Part shown: positions 16,902 through 24,859 of the stretch, piece after piece | Layout: every line of letters starts with the position of its first letter | Numbering within the stretch: position 1 is the stretch's first letter | DNA from: Phycisphaerae bacterium | Lineage (GTDB): Bacteria; Planctomycetota; Phycisphaerae; UBA1845 | Length of the DNA stretch: 64,000 nt | Direction: 5' to 3' | NCBI GenBank assembly: GCA_020056715.1 | Contig: JAGVHG010000040.1 | Location: 75,920-139,919 of the forward strand | Program-made: the position numbers and the translations under genes | Notes under the pieces: generated by a model | The model's input: the letters and a program-made list of their open reading frames with translations, nothing else | What the model was told of the DNA's origin: nothing | Databases searched by the model: none

Positions 16902-18914
16902 CTAATCCGGCGGCGACGGCCCGGATAGGTTCCGCTGGAACGCCTCGAAGTCGGCCAGGGTGATGTCCCCCGTTGAATCCGCGTCGAATCGCTCACAATG
17001 CCCCAACGGTCGGTCGGTGCCGAAACAGGTCTGAAACGCGGCGAGGTCGAGCAGGTCGACATCGCAGTCATCGTCAGAATCCGGCATAAGCTCGTGGTAT
17101 CCAAGCTCCCATATATGACGAGCGTCTCCATTGGAACTGTATCCCCCGAGGAGAAGTACGCACTTCCCGGCGAGCGAGTAAACCATCGAATGGTCAATGC
17201 GCTGCGAAGGTCCGTTAGTGGCTCGCTGCGACCACGAGTTGCCATCCCACTCCCAAGTATCTCCGAGGTATGGCCACACCCTATCAACGCCACCGAATAG
17301 CACCGTCACTCCTCGCTCTTCGTCGAACGCGAGCGCGTGCCCCCAACGGGGCGACGGCCCAGACGTGCTACGAAGCGTCCATTCCTGCCCGTCCCACTCC
17401 CAAGTGTCTCCGAGAGGCGACCCGTCAATATCCACTCCGCCAAACAGCACAACTCGGCCGCGACTGCGGTCGTACGCCAGCGCGTGCCCCGCGCGAGGCG
17501 GTGGACCATCCGTACTCAAAAGCCGCCATTCCGAACCGTCCCACGTCCACAAATCACTGACAAGTCCGACCTCCTGCCAACCGCTAAACAGGACGGTGAC
17601 GCCGCGATCGGAATCGAATGTCATCGCCTGTTGGTCGCGCGCGGGCGGGTTCTCGATTGTACGCTCGGTCCAAACTGAGCCGTCCCATTCCCACGTTTCC
17701 GACCGGCGGAGGTAATAGTCCTCGTAGGTGTTACCGAATAAGACGGTAACCCCGCGCACTTCATCGAAAACCATTCCAACGCTGTACGGGTATGAGGGAC
17801 CGTCTTGGGTAACTTTTCTCCACGCGTCACCGTCCCATTCCCAAGTGTTGCCCGAATAGAATACGGTGACGGCGCGCCGGCGATCATACGCTGCGTGGGG
17901 CTGACTGGACCACACCTCCCCGAAGTGCGTTTGAATCCAGACCACTCCGTCCCATTCCCATGTATCACCAACGGGATAGACTTTCGCTACTTGGGAACGC
18001 GCTCGTCCACCGAACAACACGGTGACGCCTCGCCTGCTGTCATACGCTAGTGCATGATACTCCCGTCCCGTCAGACCGGCGTCGGGACGGGACGTCCAGG
18101 AGGAACCGTCCCACTCCCAGGTGCTCTCCATGCCCGAATAGACTCCGCCGTGGGCCAAAGTGACTCCGCGCCGTTCGTCGTAGGCGAGCGCGAAAGAGCG
18201 TACATAAAAATCCAATGGAAAAACGCCATCATCTCCCGAAATCCAACTCGCGCCATCCCATTCCCATGTCTTGTAGCCCCAGTAATCGGCGCCTACGAGA
18301 ACGACCACGCCCCGTTGACTGTCGAAGACCATTCGGTACGGATAACCCGGGTCCGGCGGATCTGCATCAAGCAACGTCCAGCTTCGCCCATCCCATCCCC
18401 ACATCTGGACTGCCTGCGCACCACCGTTGTCGACTGTTCCGTAGAGAACAGTGATGCCTCGTCGCTGATCGAACGCCAGTTGGACGTCCCATAAACCGGC
18501 AGGTCCGTCGGCATCAGCACGTGTCCAACGCGCGCCGTCCCATTCCCACGTATCGCGGGCGGGGGCAGTGTCCGTATAGCCACCGAATAGGACCGTCACG
18601 CCGCGTCGGGAATCAAAGCTCATGGCGTGCTCCAATCGCGGCCCCGGACCAGCGGTTGCCCGCAACGTCCACGTTTCGCCGTCCCATTCCCAGGTGTCGT
18701 CGAACACCGGCTCACTATAGTGGTGGACACCGCCGTAAAGCACGGTAACCCCGCGGCGGCTGTCGAAGGCCATAGCATGAAGAGAGCGTGCATCCGGCGA
18801 CGACCGAATCTCCTCCCACGTCACGCAGTCCGCGCAGGGCGACGGGGCGGCAGGCAATATGGCTAGCGATAGCAAGGCAACGGTCCAGATCGCACGCAGA
18901 TTCCATGTGGCCAT
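16902..18914 (-). CDS. secreted Kelch/beta-propeller repeat protein with dockerin/EF-hand-like C-terminus
   Basis: Signal peptide MATWNLRAIWTVALLSLAILPA. At least 11 repeats carry the TWEWDG..W signature. C-terminus reads DSDDDCDVDLLDLAAFQTCF..DADSTGDITLADFEAFQ. Confidence 0.8.
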   Translation of the reverse strand: MATWNLRAIWTVALLSLAILPAAPSPCADCVTWEEIRSSPDARSLHAMAFDSRRGVTVLYGGVHHYSEPVFDDTWEWDGETWTLRATAGPGPRLEHAMSFDSRRGVTVLFGGYTDTAPARDTWEWDGARWTRADADGPAGLWDVQLAFDQRRGITVLYGTVDNGGAQAVQMWGWDGRSWTLLDADPPDPGYPYRMVFDSQRGVVVLVGADYWGYKTWEWDGASWISGDDGVFPLDFYVRSFALAYDERRGVTLAHGGVYSGMESTWEWDGSSWTSRPDAGLTGREYHALAYDSRRGVTVLFGGRARSQVAKVYPVGDTWEWDGVVWIQTHFGEVWSSQPHAAYDRRRAVTVFYSGNTWEWDGDAWRKVTQDGPSYPYSVGMVFDEVRGVTVLFGNTYEDYYLRRSETWEWDGSVWTERTIENPPARDQQAMTFDSDRGVTVLFSGWQEVGLVSDLWTWDGSEWRLLSTDGPPPRAGHALAYDRSRGRVVLFGGVDIDGSPLGDTWEWDGQEWTLRSTSGPSPRWGHALAFDEERGVTVLFGGVDRVWPYLGDTWEWDGNSWSQRATNGPSQRIDHSMVYSLAGKCVLLLGGYSSNGDARHIWELGYHELMPDSDDDCDVDLLDLAAFQTCFGTDRPLGHCERFDADSTGDITLADFEAFQRNLSGPSPPD

Positions 18915-19049
18915 AGTATGACTCCTCTGTTCGGCCGAGGTTGCCCAAAAGCAACTATCGGTCCATTAGTACAACACCGGGCACGCAACTTCGACGGAGA
19001 AAAAATATAGTTTTTTTGTGGGCGCGAGGCGGGGCAAGCAAGAGCGTGT

Positions 19050-19130
19050 CTACGGCCTATAGGCTTCAGCCTACAGCCTGTAGCCGAAAACAGCACGACC
19101 GACCTGCCAGTTGGGACACGTCGGTTGCGT
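19050..19130. repeat. heptamer array (CTACGGC CTATAGG CTTCAGC CTACAGC CTGTAGC) plus GGAC-N-CGTCGGTTGCGT motif
   Basis: Period-7 array at 19050-19084. A 12/12 identical copy of CGTCGGTTGCGT lies at 19119-19130, in the same orientation as the copy at 16843-16854. Confidence 0.7.
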
Positions 19131-19378
19131 GAGGCGGCCCCCCCGCTAGGGCCACCATTGTCGATTGTCGCTAGAGCGAGTGCGGTCGGGATGGTTGCTG
19201 GCACGGCACTTGCTACAGGGTTCCCTATACGGCCGGAGTGTGCAGAGGGGATGGCTTGCAAACCGGGCCTCGTTTTGAGGCTTGGGTGGCAGGTGCGTGC
19301 TGCGCGAACGTCACGCCCGTTGCGACGGGCGCGAGGGTTAACGGGATTCTGCGGAATCGAAATGAGGAGCAAACAGCC

Positions 19379-20518
19379 ATGCCAACGGTATTAGACAAGA
19401 AGGCCGACCTCGCCGGTCCGGGGATCGGCGACTACTCGGAGTTGGAAAAGATCCTTCCCCGCGACTACCGGTCGCTGTTGTCGCCGCGGGAAACGCAAAA
19501 GGCGATCTTCGCGGTTAAGCAGTACATCGAAGAGAACCTGTGCAAACAATTGAATCTGATGATGGTCTCGGTGCCGCTGATCGTGGACGTGGAGAGCGGG
19601 GTCAACGACATGCTGGATCGCGACGGCTCGCGCACCCCCATTCAGTTCCACATCTCCAATGACCGTGACAAACATCCAATCGACGCCCAGGTCGTGCAGG
19701 CCGCGACCAAATGGAAGCGCATGGCCCTCAAGCAATTCGGGATGAAAACAGGCGAGGGGCTTTGCACCGACATGCGCGCCGTTCGCAAGGACTACTTCCT
19801 CGACCACGATCACAGCGCCTACGTGGACCAGTGGGACTGGGAGCTGGCCGTCGACGAAAAGCAACGTAACCTGAAGTTCCTGACTCAAGTCATCGAGAAT
19901 ATCTGGAAGGTCCTCAAGGGGGCTGAGACGCACGTTCAGAAGCTGTTCCCGCAACTCAAGACGGACAAGTACCGGGATCTTCCGGATAAGCTCACGTTCC
20001 TCCACGCCGAAGAGATTCTCGAGCGCTTCCCCGACATGCCACGGAAGGCGCGGGAGACGGCCATCCTGCAGGATCACCCGGCGGTGTTCATCTACGGGAT
20101 CGGCTGGCCGCTCAAGGACGGGTATCCGCACGAGATGCGGGCCGCCGACTACGACGACTGGGTCACCGAAACCCGATCCGCGGATGGGCGACCCATGCAC
20201 GGGCTAAACGGCGATATCCTCGTCTGGAACCCGGTCACCAAACGCCGCCATGAATTGACCTCCATGGGCGTCCGCGTCAACGCCGATTCGCTGCAAAAGC
20301 AGCTCAAGATGAGCGGTCAGCTCGACTTTCTCAAGTTTCCCTATCACCAGGGCATTGTGAAGAACGAGATTCCGCTGAGCATCGGCGGCGGCATCGGGCA
20401 ATCGCGCACCTATATGCTCCTCCTCAAGAAGGCGCACCTCGGCGAGGTCAGCGTCACTGTCTGGCCGAAGGTGCTCAAGGAGATGTGCCGCAAGAAAAGC
20501 ATCCACGTGCTTGAATAA
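19379..20518 (+). CDS. asnA: aspartate-ammonia ligase (asparagine synthetase A)
   Basis: Strong AsnA motifs YVDQWDWE, LNGDILVWNP and IGGGIGQSR. ATG 19379 (MPTVLDKK) is preferred over the long ORF-track start. Confidence 0.85.
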   Translation: MPTVLDKKADLAGPGIGDYSELEKILPRDYRSLLSPRETQKAIFAVKQYIEENLCKQLNLMMVSVPLIVDVESGVNDMLDRDGSRTPIQFHISNDRDKHPIDAQVVQAATKWKRMALKQFGMKTGEGLCTDMRAVRKDYFLDHDHSAYVDQWDWELAVDEKQRNLKFLTQVIENIWKVLKGAETHVQKLFPQLKTDKYRDLPDKLTFLHAEEILERFPDMPRKARETAILQDHPAVFIYGIGWPLKDGYPHEMRAADYDDWVTETRSADGRPMHGLNGDILVWNPVTKRRHELTSMGVRVNADSLQKQLKMSGQLDFLKFPYHQGIVKNEIPLSIGGGIGQSRTYMLLLKKAHLGEVSVTVWPKVLKEMCRKKSIHVLE

Positions 20519-20596
20519 TCGCTACAAGCGGTTTGATTGTCGATTGAGGAACGATCGGCGGACTTTACAGAGCCGGAAGCGGCAGCGACCGGATTC

Positions 20597-21919
20597 TCAC
20601 GCCCGGGTTGGGTCGGCCTGATTGGAGAGACGGAAGACCAATTTCGCCCCAACCAAAAGGAGAAGGGCAAGGACCACCAATCCCCACTCTCCGACCGTCG
20701 GTATCGAAGTGTGCGGACAATCCAACTCGGAACAGGAACCCAGTTTCACCCACTCGCAGGTCGGGCAGTCGCACGCCGCTTGGGTGAGGCCGTCGGTGCA
20801 GGCCCCGAAGGGATCGTGGTCACAGCACGCCCCGGTGACGGCGTCGCACGCCACCTGTGCGCAGGTTTCGCCCTTGGTCCACTGCAGATGAGTCCCTGTG
20901 CAATCGTCCGGAAGTGAGTCGTCGGTGCAATCTGCGGTGAGAAGATGGCAGCAGGCTCCCGTCTGTCTAATGCCAAGACTGTGACCCCCGCCAGCGGCGA
21001 TGCCGATGAAATCGGCATTGGGCGCGGGGACGTTCGTCTGACCGTAGCGGTTGTCCCCCCACCCCACGATGGCCCCGTCGGCCTTGAGACCAAGACTGTG
21101 ACTGTAAGCCCCGCCTGTGGCGATGCCGATGAAATCGGCATTGGGGACAGGGATGCTGGTCTGACCGAATTCGTTGTCTCCCCACGCCACAATGGACCCG
21201 TCGGCTTTTAGACCCAAACTGTGCCCACTGCCGGCGGCGACGGCGACGAAACCAGTGTTGGGCGTGGGGACGTTGCATTGCCCATAGTTGTAGCCGCCAC
21301 ATCCCCACGCCACGATGGATCCGTCGGCCCTTAAGCCCAGACTGTGTACCGCGCCCGCGGCGATGGCCACGAACCCCGTGTTGGGCGTGGGGACGTTTGT
21401 CTGACCAAAGTCATTCCATCCCCACGCCACGATGGACCCGTCTACCTTAAGCCCGAGACTGTGCCTATAGCCCGCAGAGACGGCGACGAAACCGGTGTTG
21501 GGCGCGGGGACGTTGGTTTGACCGAAGTCATTTCTTCCCCACGCCGCGACGGACCCGTTGGCTTTGAGACCCAGACTGTGGAACCCACCTGCCGAGACGG
21601 CGATGAAGCCCGTGTTCGGGGCGGGAACGTTGGTCTGACCCTCGTAGTTGCGTCCCCATCCCACGATGGACCCGTCGGCCTTTAGGCCCAGACTGTGATA
21701 GTTGCCCGCGGCGACTGCGACGAAGCCCAAGTTGGGTAAGGCAACGTCGTTCTGGCCGTAGTCATTGTATCCCCACGCCACGATGGCACCTTGAGGCGAG
21801 TCTCCGCGAGCGATACCCGCCGGGGTCAGTGTCACGCCGACGCAAGCGAGAGCGAGGACGCAAGCCCTGCGAATTGTTCTACGACCACGGCGCGTGTTTT
21901 CTCGAATTGCCGGATTCAT
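20597..21919 (-). CDS. secreted RCC1-repeat protein with Cys-rich module and IPTL-CTERM-like C-terminal anchor
   Basis: About 8 repeats of VAWG.N..GQ.NVP.PN.GFVAV.AG..HSLGL.ADGS. A Cys-rich region follows, then IPTVGEWGLVVLALLLLVGAKLVFR at the C-terminus. ATG 21919 gives a signal-peptide-like N-terminus. Confidence 0.75.
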   Translation of the reverse strand: MNPAIRENTRRGRRTIRRACVLALACVGVTLTPAGIARGDSPQGAIVAWGYNDYGQNDVALPNLGFVAVAAGNYHSLGLKADGSIVGWGRNYEGQTNVPAPNTGFIAVSAGGFHSLGLKANGSVAAWGRNDFGQTNVPAPNTGFVAVSAGYRHSLGLKVDGSIVAWGWNDFGQTNVPTPNTGFVAIAAGAVHSLGLRADGSIVAWGCGGYNYGQCNVPTPNTGFVAVAAGSGHSLGLKADGSIVAWGDNEFGQTSIPVPNADFIGIATGGAYSHSLGLKADGAIVGWGDNRYGQTNVPAPNADFIGIAAGGGHSLGIRQTGACCHLLTADCTDDSLPDDCTGTHLQWTKGETCAQVACDAVTGACCDHDPFGACTDGLTQAACDCPTCEWVKLGSCSELDCPHTSIPTVGEWGLVVLALLLLVGAKLVFRLSNQADPTRA

Positions 21920-22030
21920 ATGCCCCTCCCAAAGATGGTCGCCGGACGCTCGGCCGTGGCGATCGAAAAGAACGAAGGCCCATTGTACTGTAGCCCGCCC
22001 TGCCGGCACAATCCCAAAACCACCTGGCCA

Positions 22031-22046
22031 AACGCCGAAACGCCGA
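22031..22046. repeat. tandem octamer AACGCCGA x2
   Basis: Same unit as at 14817-14840. Located between the transglutaminase-like and RCC1 genes. Confidence 0.55.
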
Positions 22047-22122
22047 AATAAAGCTGGTCGTGTCACTCCCGCTCCACGCTCTTATTGGCCCCGCGCTGGC
22101 TTGGGGTTCGGATCGGCGCGCG

Positions 22123-23676
22123 TTACGGTGGTTGGCCGGAATCGACTTCGAGGATGTCGATGTCGAGGCCGCCGAGTTTGGTGATGAGGGGCAGGCTGAG
22201 GTCTGCCAGTCCGGCGTTTTTCAGCGACGATACGGCGAAGGCGATGCGGGCCGGGCTGACGTCGGTTTCACGCAGGGCGGCGTCGACGTCGATCCATCGG
22301 CCGTCGATGAAAAACTGCGTCCAAAGGTGGTAGCCGAAAATGTCGTCCTGTTTGCCGAAGACGGGGACGTAGGCCAGACCGACCACGACGCGCGAGGGAA
22401 TTCCGTTTAACCGTCCCAAGGCCGCGAGCAATACGCCGTGCTCGCTACAGTCGCCCTCTTTGGTGCGCGCGACTTCGCTTGCCGTGGCGAAGCCGATGTT
22501 GAGGCTCTTGTTCTCCACGTAATTGGTGACGAAGCGGCGGAGCTTGTCGGCGAGGGCGAAAGGCTCCTTCTCGCCGTCGGCGGCCTGTTTGGCCAGCTCT
22601 ATGAGCTTGGGATCGGCGGTGTTGATCATCAAGTTGCCTTCGACGAACTCCGCCATCGAGGGATCGATTTGACCCTCACCCCTGCCCTCTCCCTGGGAGG
22701 GAGAGGGGGTTTTCCGCAGGTGAGCGACTCGTGCGACAACAAGGTCCACCGACTTGTCATTCTTGCCCACGATGCTTTGCATTTCCGTCGTCGGAAGGTC
22801 GCCGAGTTCGACGCCGGCGCTCTTCGCCGTGAGCCGATACTTGATCCGCCGAGCGGCGGCCCGGTCGATCTTGCGCTTGGCCGGAATGGTGGAAGTGTTG
22901 AAGAACTCCGGCGGGACGAAGTCGCGTAGGGCCGTTGCCTGATCGGTCGTGAGCATTTCGATATCACCCATCCCGGGAATGGGCACCCTGGCCTTGAGCG
23001 CCACGCCATTCGCGTCGACCCACGAGGCCATCTCAAACGATCCGACCGGCGACTCTAAGGACACCGTGACCTTCTGCCCTTTGGTCACCTTGGCGCCCAA
23101 ACGTAGTTCTTCCCAGTCCCCGATGGTGGTGACGGCGTTGACCGAGCCGTCGAGTCGAAGTTCAGGAGCGTAGGTAGCTAGCGTGTACTTGGTTCCCGGT
23201 TTGAAACCGCGAAGCATGCTCTCACGGTAGGTGCCCCAGGTCATCAGTGCACCTGTAGGAAAATCGAACGTCTGCGTTTGATCCATCCCATACTGCGAAG
23301 TGACGATGGTGACTTTGCCGTCTTTGACCGTGCCCTTGATAGCCGATTTCATCACGGACATGTCCATTTCGGAGCCGAAGGTGACGGGGACGCCCCCGAG
23401 CGTCTCGCTGGTATGCTGCGTCATGCCGATTTTGACGGGTTGCTCGGCCCGGCCCAAAACCATGTGAGACGTCACCCCGGTGGTGATGAGGTCGCCGTCG
23501 CGGTTCATGGTGGTGTGGGCGTAGCCGACCTTGCCCCCGGCCAAGTAGACCTCCGTCCATTCGTCGCTGAAACGACCTTGGGGCGGATTCTTCGTGTCGA
23601 TCGGCGCGGCAGCGGCACTAGCCGTGGCCATTGCCGAAATGACAATCATCGGGAAGCGTCGCAATGAGCATTTCAT
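22123..23676 (-). CDS. secreted transglutaminase-like domain protein
   Basis: Signal peptide present. Cys-His-Asp core pattern (EGDCSEHGVLLAAL, GYHLWTQFFIDGRWIDVDA). Confidence 0.75.
   Translation of the reverse strand: MKCSLRRFPMIVISAMATASAAAAPIDTKNPPQGRFSDEWTEVYLAGGKVGYAHTTMNRDGDLITTGVTSHMVLGRAEQPVKIGMTQHTSETLGGVPVTFGSEMDMSVMKSAIKGTVKDGKVTIVTSQYGMDQTQTFDFPTGALMTWGTYRESMLRGFKPGTKYTLATYAPELRLDGSVNAVTTIGDWEELRLGAKVTKGQKVTVSLESPVGSFEMASWVDANGVALKARVPIPGMGDIEMLTTDQATALRDFVPPEFFNTSTIPAKRKIDRAAARRIKYRLTAKSAGVELGDLPTTEMQSIVGKNDKSVDLVVARVAHLRKTPSPSQGEGRGEGQIDPSMAEFVEGNLMINTADPKLIELAKQAADGEKEPFALADKLRRFVTNYVENKSLNIGFATASEVARTKEGDCSEHGVLLAALGRLNGIPSRVVVGLAYVPVFGKQDDIFGYHLWTQFFIDGRWIDVDAALRETDVSPARIAFAVSSLKNAGLADLSLPLITKLGGLDIDILEVDSGQPP
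22675..22724. repeat. imperfect palindrome with perfect 9-bp core CCCTCTCCC-TGGGA-GGGAGAGGG inside a CDS
   Basis: Core stem at 22685-22707 followed by GGTTTT, with outer complementary arms CTCA/TGAG and CCTG/CAGG. It encodes PSPSQGEGRGEGQ in the transglutaminase-like protein. A similar hairpin lies at 60946-60972. Confidence 0.6.
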
Positions 23677-23708
23677 TCGTCAGTACCTTGTCTGTGTGCG
23701 TGCAAGAC

Positions 23709-23730
23709 GCCACTGCTCAAGAGCAGCGGC
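23709..23730. repeat. hairpin GCCACTGCT-CAAG-AGCAGCGGC (diverged CCACTGCTG-family copy)
   Basis: Located between the sdhB stop and the transglutaminase-like start. It has one mismatch in the stem. Confidence 0.4.
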
Positions 23731-23778
23731 ACACATCAAGAGGAGTGGCACAGCTCCACCCCATAGATCGTAACCGGG

Positions 23779-24588
23779 TTATCGTCCGAACCACTGTCGA
23801 ATCTTGTAGAGAGTGGTGTCGCGTCCGGCCTTGGCGATGGAGGTCGTCAGGGGGATGTCCTTGGGGCAGACTTTGACGCAGTTTTGGCTGTTGCCGCAAT
23901 CGACGATGCCGCCCACGCCGGTGAGCACGGCGAGTCGATCGTCGCGCTCGACGCGGGCCGTGGGATGGGCGTTGAAGAGGATGGCCTGGGAGATCGCCGC
24001 GGGGCCGATGAAGGTGGAATGGTCGTTGAACTGCGGGCAGGCCTCCACGCAGCAGCCGCAGGTCATGCACCGCGACAGCGGATAGGCCTCGTCCTGCTCC
24101 CTCGGCGATATCCTCGGCCCCGGGCCGATGTCGTGATAACCGTCCACCGCGACCCACGCCTTGATCCGCTTGAGAGCGGCGAACATGGGACTGCGATCGA
24201 CGAACAGGTCGCGCACAACCTTGAATTTGGTCATGGGGCGAAGCTCGATCCCTTCCGGCGAATCGGCGAGGAGCGAATCGACCAGGGCCGAGCACGCCTG
24301 GCGGACCCGGCCGTTGATGACCATCGTACACGCCCCGCACACCTCCTCGAGGCAACAGGAATCGTAGGCGACCGGCGTGCTGTGCTCATGCTCCGCGTTA
24401 GTCGGGTTGGCCGCGATGCGCTGAAGGACGGTGGTGACGTTCATGCCCGGCTCATAAGGAACCTCGAACGTTTCCCAATGCGAGCCGCCGCGGGGATCGG
24501 ACTGGCGGAGAACCTTGACGCTGATCTTGCGCCCGTTGCCCTCATGCGAAAGGGTATGTGTCTGGTGGATATGAGTTGTGGCGCTCAT
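23779..24588 (-). CDS. sdhB: succinate dehydrogenase/fumarate reductase iron-sulfur subunit
   Basis: Three Cys clusters: CCLEEVCGAC.., CMTCGCCVEACP and CGNSQNCVKVCP. ATG 24588 (MSATTH) is preferred, which removes the overlap with the upstream small gene. Confidence 0.9.
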   Translation of the reverse strand: MSATTHIHQTHTLSHEGNGRKISVKVLRQSDPRGGSHWETFEVPYEPGMNVTTVLQRIAANPTNAEHEHSTPVAYDSCCLEEVCGACTMVINGRVRQACSALVDSLLADSPEGIELRPMTKFKVVRDLFVDRSPMFAALKRIKAWVAVDGYHDIGPGPRISPREQDEAYPLSRCMTCGCCVEACPQFNDHSTFIGPAAISQAILFNAHPTARVERDDRLAVLTGVGGIVDCGNSQNCVKVCPKDIPLTTSIAKAGRDTTLYKIRQWFGR

Positions 24589-24595
24589 CGGGTGT

Positions 24596-24850
24596 TTACC
24601 GTTTGGGTCCTCTTCCATTACCCCCTCGCGCTTTCCGCTTTCCGTTAGCCGCGGAAATGGAGACGACATGCAGGAGGTCAATCGTCTCCGCAGACTCATC
24701 CAGCGAATACAGCGTTATCGTGCGACCGCTTGGTGACCGGGCGAGAAATTCAGGATGATGTACGCGCAAACGGCGACCGTTGGTAAGGCGCATGATGAAG
24801 GGCTTGAATGGTCTCGCGTCGTACCACTGTTTCAAACCGTCAATGGTCAT
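24596..24850 (-). CDS. small conserved hypothetical protein (84 aa), paralog of 35281-35538 and 35548-35814
   Basis: Shares PF.PF....G.....HP[ED] and DLLHVV.I...NG plus a basic tail with the two other copies. It is wedged between sdhA and sdhB with 7-9 nt gaps. Confidence 0.5.
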   Translation of the reverse strand: MTIDGLKQWYDARPFKPFIMRLTNGRRLRVHHPEFLARSPSGRTITLYSLDESAETIDLLHVVSISAANGKRKARGGNGRGPKR

Positions 24851-24859
24851 GCTAATCAC

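Noticed and set aside
19238-19378. N-terminal 47-aa extension of asnA
   Set aside because: The extension is Ala/Gly/Arg-rich, runs through the repeat-containing intergenic region, and has no counterpart in AsnA proteins. The ATG at 19379 aligns with the family N-terminus.
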